The notes under the pieces are model-generated. The model was not told the origin of the DNA. It worked only from the letters and a program-made list of their open reading frames with translations, and searched no databases. The position numbers were made by a program, and so were the translations under genes. A stretch of 64,000 nt of DNA from a virus (Duplodnaviria > Caudoviricetes): the IMG/VR virus record IMGVR_UViG_3300024259_001623. The stretch is one strand, 5' to 3'. This document shows positions 54,401 through 60,922 of this stretch, one piece after another. Positions within the stretch are counted from its first letter, which is position 1; each line of letters starts with the position of its first letter.

Positions 54401-55816
54401 AAATTTTAAAGATGTATCATTAATATTATTATCAGTTGATAATAATAATATATCAAATTCTATTTGTTTAGGATGAACTCCATTTGGAAAAGGATCTGCC
54501 CCATAAGCTGCTTGAGTCTTACCAAAAATGAAGTCCATATGAGTAGTCAATGGATAAGTTTTAGCAGGTGCACCGACATGACATGTAGCAGGATTATTTA
54601 CAAGCCAAGTTGTGCCTCCTCCCAAATCAATTCTTTCTACATCAAACGCCAATGCTAATTTATGATCATTTCCGATAGTACATCCTGTAGCCCCTTCATT
54701 ATCAGCAGCAACAGCTAAAACAGGAATATGAAAATATCTTTGTACTTCTTGATCCATTCTTTGTTCATATTTATACCATCCTTCTTTATTACTTATGTAT
54801 GCTGGACCAATTGCAGTTCCTTCAACTGCCCACCCTGCTGCCGCATAATCTCTCAATGTTTTCATTAAATCAAAAGTTCCGATACCACCCATCGAAAAAC
54901 CAGTTACATAAATTTTAGAAGTATCTATTTTATAATCAGCATTTGCAATAAGACTAATCAATAATGATCTAATAGCTGAACAATAATAACCATTTTCTAA
55001 AATAGAAGTCTGATTATGAAATGGGACTTCTTGAGCGCCATCATCTCCCCAGGGGTAATAATTAGAACTTGATGGTATAATAGTACTAGACGGAGTAGTA
55101 GTAATAGGCATTGGAGCAACAGAAAAACATTTATAAGCTGGAGTCATAAAATGATTCGCAAAATATAAACTAGAAAAAGCAACATTCGGTTCTATCTGTT
55201 TTGTATTTGCCAAATACTCAGACATAGTATCCCCGACACCACCAGTACCTGGTTCATAAATAATAATTGGATACGTAGTGGCTTGATTAGAATCATAATC
55301 TTTTGGGAATAAAAATCTATATGGTAAAAAACCATCCGTAGGATATCCAGTTCCTCCCCCAAAATCATAGAAAAATGATTCATGACCATAAAATGTGTCA
55401 GTACCAGTCCAAAATATATCTTGAAAATTAGCAGGATCGCTACCAGTGATATCTAAAACTACCCACGCATATCTTCTAGCTTTTTCTTGAGTAAAATCCG
55501 CTTCAACACCATCAGACATCGCCTGAAAATCAGTTAAACGACGAAAACCAGTAAAGATGGAATCATCAAAAACATCCGAGGCCCAATAAGCCACAGCAGC
55601 ACTAACAGCAGTTGTTCCTCCAGCAAAAGTTATAGTAACTCTATGAAACATTAATTCATTATCAGACCCAGCATCGATAGATGGAGATACTAAATAATCA
55701 GTTCCTCCATATGAATATGTAAACCAATCACCATATCCAGGTGAAGTAACCCCATCAGCAGGATTCGCCTGAGAAAAAGTAGTTTCATTAGCAGAAAACG
55801 GTCTTGTAATAGCCAT
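51452..55816 (-). CDS. Large multidomain protein: alpha/beta hydrolase, Calx-beta and TIGR03790-like domains
   Basis: KIYVTGFSMGG nucleophile elbow; DDTAVNGVDF...LTFLPGETEKIVPLQIVD; VLFVY...SEALADLY...SRIDGP...LGEAYLLSEPFLNWTNTLIGDPL. Confidence 0.75.
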   Translation of the reverse strand: MAITRPFSANETTFSQANPADGVTSPGYGDWFTYSYGGTDYLVSPSIDAGSDNELMFHRVTITFAGGTTAVSAAVAYWASDVFDDSIFTGFRRLTDFQAMSDGVEADFTQEKARRYAWVVLDITGSDPANFQDIFWTGTDTFYGHESFFYDFGGGTGYPTDGFLPYRFLFPKDYDSNQATTYPIIIYEPGTGGVGDTMSEYLANTKQIEPNVAFSSLYFANHFMTPAYKCFSVAPMPITTTPSSTIIPSSSNYYPWGDDGAQEVPFHNQTSILENGYYCSAIRSLLISLIANADYKIDTSKIYVTGFSMGGIGTFDLMKTLRDYAAAGWAVEGTAIGPAYISNKEGWYKYEQRMDQEVQRYFHIPVLAVAADNEGATGCTIGNDHKLALAFDVERIDLGGGTTWLVNNPATCHVGAPAKTYPLTTHMDFIFGKTQAAYGADPFPNGVHPKQIEFDILLLSTDNNINDTSLKFADDGIIFRLDQTSIDSSNENYDSIQITYNVIDDTAVNGVDFIVDSPAILTFLPGETEKIVPLQIVDTGTPTWQRHFTVEIDDSTVTYTPSKTTVGAVDKARPAFSLSLISAGIPGIRDDNFRLDEIPNIFSNKIVESTVPGPANLEDESDDFRFYTFYAKEGDYIRLDVSNMPTSPEGWIYTCDAYRLEEGGASIIDSYLFNNLTSDGILENILLPGEEYSFRAFSTGYITLFTAYSSNGSPENATDLRTTLSRIVSVNKELSINEDEKNIRITRVRFLSDEGTIASISLSGQSFTIEDRNSKLYWNSGGSSPHIFDTSGDSIERLANGDLYRITYVGEGSQIFDVELIEDPDYNVLFVYKGDDAESEALADLYVEKYYDFNVTKLAVDCSSDEILDSYEDFQDEVEDTIKTAIDGSLTSINVVILGYNVPGGFIDGNDIISSTSRISKINFTYSKKENNFLYNRRNPYVLTTSDFSDAIICSRIDGPTLEEAKKLIKFGDELRNQYFANGRFYFDAYSNLESGSGSAADSNATSSTNLYFPDGYFAPGYFPLGYLLTQGLVIPEDIDAAVQYTEDLVSFQNNLLLKLNVSEVSTTKYISSNIDVVTPFLQHDSFYWGWFTDRTTQSYFKSTDTARAFFYNADFDSASTLRSFDDGNFAPLAISAGYVGIAGALSNPTISGFLRPDPFFKAINAGAKLGEAYLLSEPFLNWTNTLIGDPLATFAFPENSESSLVDDKDINESDIWNNLNILTAKMMGNHWGKEINGITLKNEICCSTNMATEIDLLSSVSDLSIATNTDQRIYRMSDPLRGLFDYASQVVVPNINSQPDEQVVSFEDFLEQNGYDISELYIGVHNDVTSVLPSSLYYSEGFWTYEDIILDELGEYAVYNFDLEVSDSIDFSTIIDTIDTTKSIAGWQYEKEFNVFEDFPAGGVTTEFVNMRIRYNSVTNDFLTRGQVYYFRIRQKTDSFIGDFRIKKQVIYT

Positions 55817-55848
55817 AATTATTCCATATTTACATTGTCTAGTTAATC

Positions 55849-55880
55849 TTTATATTTTAAAAAAAATACATAATTACCTT
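55849..55880 (-). promoter_or_regulatory. Putative late promoter AAGGT-N20-ATATAAA
   Basis: Lies in the divergent intergenic region upstream of the 1454-aa gene and TerL operon. Confidence 0.45.
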
Positions 55881-55936
55881 TTTATTATCGTAAATTAACG
55901 ATATATAAGTACTGGACCACACAAAAGGAGAATAAA

Positions 55937-57088
55937 ATGAAAGTCTTCACATCTGGTTGTTTTGATGTCATGCATAGCGGACATATCAATTTTTTAACAA
56001 AAGCATCAAAATATGGAGAATTGTATGTTGCCGTAGGATCAGACAGAACTATCGAATCACTAAAAGGTAGAAAACCCATAAATAATGAAAGAGAAAGACT
56101 ATATATGGTAAACTCTCTTAATTGCGTCAAAGAAGCCTTTATATCATCTGGCGATGGGATATTAGATTTTCAAAAAGAAATTAGAACAATAGAACCTCAT
56201 ATTTTTATTGTTAATAATGACGGTAACTATAAAGAAAAAAGAGATTTATGTGAACAATTAGGAATTGAATATCTTGTTTTAGAAAGAGATGTGATTATGA
56301 CAACCGAGCCTAAAAGCTCAACTCATATAATATCTAAGAGTAATATCCCATTTAGAATAGATATGTCTGGAGGGTGGCTAGATCAGCCCTTTGTGTCAAA
56401 GTATTACCCAGGATGCGTAACAACCATAAGTATAGAACCAATTATAGAATTTAATAATAGAAGCGGAATGGCTTCAAGCACAAGAAAAACTGCAATAGAA
56501 TTATGGCAAAATGATATCCCATGCTGGAATAGCTTTGAAAGACTAGCAAAAATATTATTTTGCTGCGATAATCCTCCCGGCAAAAAAGAAATTTCTGGCT
56601 CTCAAGATGCAATAGGTATCACTATACCAGGAATAAATCGAGCGAACTATGATGGAGAATACTGGCCAGAAAGTATAGAATCTATCAACGATGACAAAAC
56701 TATCAACTGGCTAGAAGATATCATAAAGATAATACCTTTGTGCCCAAGAAGTTATGATTATAATGTTCTATCGAACACAGACATAACCGAAGAACATGCA
56801 CAAAAATTATCATATGCGTCTAACAAATGCTGGAAAGCAATGAAAAATAGAAAATTAGACTTATTAGGCAAATGGATGATAAATTCTTTTAAGAGTCAAA
56901 TAAAAATGTTTCCTAGTATGATTAACGACGATATACAAACCATTATAGACAAATATTCTGATTTGATGTGCGGATACAAGATATCTGGAGCAGGGGGAGG
57001 GGGATATATTATAGCTGTGTCAGATAAACCTATACCAGACTCTATAAGTATAAAAATAAGAAGAAAACAACATTACGAAATATTATGA
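55937..57088 (+). CDS. Cytidylyltransferase-like (HxGH) domain fused to a GHMP sugar kinase
   Basis: SGCFDVMHSGH nucleotidyltransferase; RIDMSGGWLD, RSGMASS, SGSQD and KISGAGGGG GHMP motifs; AAGGAG RBS. Confidence 0.88.
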   Translation: MKVFTSGCFDVMHSGHINFLTKASKYGELYVAVGSDRTIESLKGRKPINNERERLYMVNSLNCVKEAFISSGDGILDFQKEIRTIEPHIFIVNNDGNYKEKRDLCEQLGIEYLVLERDVIMTTEPKSSTHIISKSNIPFRIDMSGGWLDQPFVSKYYPGCVTTISIEPIIEFNNRSGMASSTRKTAIELWQNDIPCWNSFERLAKILFCCDNPPGKKEISGSQDAIGITIPGINRANYDGEYWPESIESINDDKTINWLEDIIKIIPLCPRSYDYNVLSNTDITEEHAQKLSYASNKCWKAMKNRKLDLLGKWMINSFKSQIKMFPSMINDDIQTIIDKYSDLMCGYKISGAGGGGYIIAVSDKPIPDSISIKIRRKQHYEIL

Positions 57089-57349
57089 TTTTGTATGCTT
57101 ACTGACCAACCTAGTAAAACAATCTGCCCATTCCCAATCATGAAAATTAGGAAGTTGGGCATTAGGAGTCAGTGCATGAGCTAATTCGTGTAAAAACATA
57201 GCAATATCTTGAGAACAATTTTCTAAAATATCAATTCTCTTTCTAGAATGCCAACACATATTACCACCAGTAGCTATTCTCAAAGTCCACCCGTCTAGAT
57301 TGTACTCCGAGAATAGCTCTTCTGCGATTTTATTAATATCCATAATCAA
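57083..57349 (-). CDS. Small SprT-like zinc metalloprotein
   Basis: FLHELAHAL HExxH motif plus downstream FHD. Confidence 0.65.
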   Translation of the reverse strand: MIMDINKIAEELFSEYNLDGWTLRIATGGNMCWHSRKRIDILENCSQDIAMFLHELAHALTPNAQLPNFHDWEWADCFTRLVSKHTKS

Positions 57350-57687
57350 ATGTCTTTGTTATATATTCTTTCTTCTATAATTGCCATTTTTTCTTTCAAA
57401 GCTTCTTCAACGTCTACGCCTAATCTTTTTGCTAGAATGACAGTAACGAATATAACATCTGCTACTTCTTTAGCTATATCTTTCTTGTCAAATTTAGCTA
57501 ATTTCTCAGGTCTTTGATATCCTAAATAAGAAAGAACCTGTTCAGCCAACTCTCCAGTCTCTTCATTCAGTTTACTTTCGGCCCAAAATATTTTCTCAAC
57601 ATCTGATGAAGTTGGATGAGCCTTATCTAGTCTAGATATTTCCCATTCAATAAACTTTTCTACATCTTTTATACTCATTATATCCAT
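57346..57687 (-). CDS. mazG: MazG-like nucleotide pyrophosphohydrolase
   Basis: KLNEETGELAE...EVADV all-alpha NTP-PPase motif. Confidence 0.85.
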   Translation of the reverse strand: MDIMSIKDVEKFIEWEISRLDKAHPTSSDVEKIFWAESKLNEETGELAEQVLSYLGYQRPEKLAKFDKKDIAKEVADVIFVTVILAKRLGVDVEEALKEKMAIIEERIYNKDI

Positions 57688-58187
57688 TATACACCAGTGC
57701 TTCCGAAACCACCGCCTCCTCTTTCTGTTTCATCTAAATCATCGACTTCTTGTATATCAAATTGCTCGATCTTATTAACGACTCCTTGAGCAATTCTATC
57801 TCCCTTATTAATAACAAAATCTTCTTCGCCCAAATTAAAGATGATAATTTTTATCTCTCCACGATAATCGCTGTCGATAGTACCTGGAGAATTTGTAACC
57901 GTAATCTTATGTTTAAAAGATAATCCGCTTCTAGGGCGAACTTGTAATTCGTAACCTTCTGGAACAGCAACAGAAAGACCTGTATCAATAATCCGTTGCT
58001 TACCAGGCCCAACAATCTCAACAATTTCCATTTCATCATTATCATCCAAACGAACAGGATTGACTCCATCTTCATCAGGTGTTATAACTGCATGAAAATC
58101 AAATCCAGCAGACCCCTTAGTTTGATACTTCGGTATAACAGCTTCTTCATGCAACTTCTTAAACTTCAATTCCATTTTATTCTCCAT
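57687..58187 (-). CDS. dut: Trimeric dUTPase
   Basis: All five motifs present: SAGFD, RPRSG, GTIDSDYRGE, RIAQ, RGGGGFGSTG. Confidence 0.97.
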   Translation of the reverse strand: MENKMELKFKKLHEEAVIPKYQTKGSAGFDFHAVITPDEDGVNPVRLDDNDEMEIVEIVGPGKQRIIDTGLSVAVPEGYELQVRPRSGLSFKHKITVTNSPGTIDSDYRGEIKIIIFNLGEEDFVINKGDRIAQGVVNKIEQFDIQEVDDLDETERGGGGFGSTGV

Positions 58188-58193
58188 TAAATA

Positions 58194-60815
58194 TCAACCG
58201 CATTTGCTGTGCCCGCAATCTTGACAAGTTATACAACCTTCGCTGCGGACAAGATTATTACCATTACAACTATTACACACTTCACCTGTCACTTTCGTGC
58301 CATTCTTAATATATTTTTTCAAAGCTCTTGCAACAGCCTTGCTAAACGACCACATATCGCCAGTAGCTTTTTCTAATTGATGAACAACATATGCGATATC
58401 AATTCCATGTCTTAAAGATATAGAAGACAACCTAGTCAAAGAATCTTCAAATTCTGTTGTATTGTCTAAAATATTTTCTATACATACATCAGCCCCTTCA
58501 ACCTCTACCTTATATTTTCCTCTCTTGACTTTTGTAATCTTACCCTCAGTATACTTCTTATGAAGAATACCATTTTCAACAACAAAAACTTCATAAGGAA
58601 CATTATTCAATAATCCAACTATTACTAAGTAATCAAAAGTTCTTGGCTTATCCAATTTTTTAGTAACTTTAATATGATGGATCTTGCACTTTAAAGTCTT
58701 AGGTCTTTTAGGAGCATGTTTATTAGAATTAATGCATGTAACATTATCTCTTTCGTTACTGCCTTCTCCAATCATAACGCCTAGTCTACAATTATCTCTG
58801 TAGACAGTAACTCCCTTACATCCACTCTTCCATGCTGTTTTATATATATTTGCAACAGTTTCGACTGGAACATCATTAGGGAGATTGACAGTAGACGAGA
58901 TTGAATGGTCTATATGAGACTGGGCTTTTCCTTGAAGCTGAATTCTTTGTGTCCAATCCAATTCATTTGCAGACGCTCCAAACCAAGGAGAATCTTCTTC
59001 TTTCTTTTGACCTGTAATTTCTCTCCACATATCAAACTTATTGTGATGAACTTCAAAATGTTGCCACGCATCTCCATTATCGTCTACCATATCTACTCTT
59101 ACGTTCTTATCATTTGGATTAACCTTTTTTCTTCTAGTATAAGACAAACGGAAAACTGGTTCAATACCAGAAGTAGTTTGAGTCAAAAGCGATAACGACC
59201 CGGTTGGAGCAGAAGTCAACAAAGCAATATTCCTTCTTCCCCATTTAATCATATCTTCGATCAGATCAGAACCAGAAATTTCCAAACCTTCGCAAAGAGT
59301 TATATTTTCTTTTTTAATTCTATTCAAGAAGGGATTATCTTTTTCTAATTCCCAATCCCAAACCTCAAAGCTCCCTATCTCCTTAGACATATCAATAGAA
59401 GCTCTGTAACAGCCAAATTTCAGCGTCTGGTAGACTTTATCAACAAACTCTAGGGATTCATCGCTACCATATCTAATTCCCACAGCAGCCATCGTGTCTC
59501 CGATAGCAGTAAGACCAGTTCCGGTTCTTCTTCCCTTAACGCATGCTTCTAGTATTTTCTCCCATAAAGAAAGCTCTCTGAACTTGATATGGTCTGGTTC
59601 TGGATCAGACTTAACCTTGGCAATAATATCATGAATTGCTTCTTCTTCTAGATCAATTAAATCATCCATTAATCTTTGTGCAATTTGAGCATGATTATAA
59701 AAATCTTCAAAATCAAAATATGCTTCTTCAGTAAAAGGATTCTTTACAAAACCAAAAAGATTAAGAGACAATAATCTACAACTGTCATATGGACTCAGTG
59801 GAATCTCGCCACAAGGATTGGTGGTTACTGTTCTAAAGCCAAAATCGGCATAACAATCAGCAGGAGATTCTCTTAAAATTGTATCCCAAAACAGAAGACC
59901 TGGCTCCGCAGTTCTCCATGCACTATGGATAATCTTCTCCCAAGCCTTTTTAGCATCAACTTTTCTAGAGAACTGTTTTTCTCCTTCCAAGGGCCAACGC
60001 TGTTCAAACTTCTTGCCCTTCTCAACTGCTTCCAAAAATTCATCTGTTAATTGTATAGATATGTTTGCACCTGTAACTTTTGTCTTATCATATTTACATG
60101 TTGCAAAATCTATTTTATTGGGATTATAGAATTTAGAAGATATATTGAAATTACCAATATCTTTATCTTTAATTTCGACTGTGAAAGGTTTTCCATCTAT
60201 TTCATCATCCCAAGGCGTCACAGATTCGGGATGATGGATACTCATACAGAGCATTTCGGCACCACGCCTACCACCCTGCCCAACCTCTCTAATTGTATTG
60301 GAAAAACGTGAAGCAAACGGTATAATCCCAGTAGACGTTTTTGAAGCGTTATGGGTTTTAGAGCCAGCAGGTCTTAAATTAGATAAATTGGTTCCTACTC
60401 CACCACGCCTTTTACTAATTTGTGCCAATTCTTCATCTGTGGCGCAAACGCCTGCATAAGAGTCTTCTGGTGATGCAATTGCGAAACAATTACTGATACT
60501 AATATTTTGAAATTTATTTCCTATACCAGCCATAGGACTTCCGCCAGGAGATATTTTTCTAAAATGATCTAAAACATCAAATATCTCTTTTTCTGTCAAA
60601 GGCTTAATATTCGTTCCTTTATACTTCTTTTTTTCAACTCTTGCAAACTCTTTAGCTATCCTAGTATGCATGTCTTTTGGTGTTTCTTCTATCAATTCAT
60701 CGTTTTCATTTCTCAACGCATATTTATCTAAAAAAACCTTAGCAGCAAGTTTATCTCCATTAAAATATTTTATTGATTCTTCAAGTGCATCTTTATAAGA
60801 AAATGTTTTAATCAT
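58194..60815 (-). CDS. nrdJ: Class II (B12-dependent) ribonucleotide reductase
   Basis: SNC, RRGGVG, TNPCGE, APTGS, TSGIEP; C-terminal TSCPD-like region and zinc ribbon (EGCITCQDCGHSKC); no small-subunit gene adjacent. Confidence 0.92.
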   Translation of the reverse strand: MIKTFSYKDALEESIKYFNGDKLAAKVFLDKYALRNENDELIEETPKDMHTRIAKEFARVEKKKYKGTNIKPLTEKEIFDVLDHFRKISPGGSPMAGIGNKFQNISISNCFAIASPEDSYAGVCATDEELAQISKRRGGVGTNLSNLRPAGSKTHNASKTSTGIIPFASRFSNTIREVGQGGRRGAEMLCMSIHHPESVTPWDDEIDGKPFTVEIKDKDIGNFNISSKFYNPNKIDFATCKYDKTKVTGANISIQLTDEFLEAVEKGKKFEQRWPLEGEKQFSRKVDAKKAWEKIIHSAWRTAEPGLLFWDTILRESPADCYADFGFRTVTTNPCGEIPLSPYDSCRLLSLNLFGFVKNPFTEEAYFDFEDFYNHAQIAQRLMDDLIDLEEEAIHDIIAKVKSDPEPDHIKFRELSLWEKILEACVKGRRTGTGLTAIGDTMAAVGIRYGSDESLEFVDKVYQTLKFGCYRASIDMSKEIGSFEVWDWELEKDNPFLNRIKKENITLCEGLEISGSDLIEDMIKWGRRNIALLTSAPTGSLSLLTQTTSGIEPVFRLSYTRRKKVNPNDKNVRVDMVDDNGDAWQHFEVHHNKFDMWREITGQKKEEDSPWFGASANELDWTQRIQLQGKAQSHIDHSISSTVNLPNDVPVETVANIYKTAWKSGCKGVTVYRDNCRLGVMIGEGSNERDNVTCINSNKHAPKRPKTLKCKIHHIKVTKKLDKPRTFDYLVIVGLLNNVPYEVFVVENGILHKKYTEGKITKVKRGKYKVEVEGADVCIENILDNTTEFEDSLTRLSSISLRHGIDIAYVVHQLEKATGDMWSFSKAVARALKKYIKNGTKVTGEVCNSCNGNNLVRSEGCITCQDCGHSKCG

Positions 60816-60922
60816 TCCGTTTTAACTCCTGGTTTCATATTAAAGAACTGTTTCGTATCATGCTATACAAATAGACAAAAATCTTTCCTTCTTGTCCTAT
60901 TTTAAAATCTTTTTAGAGACTT

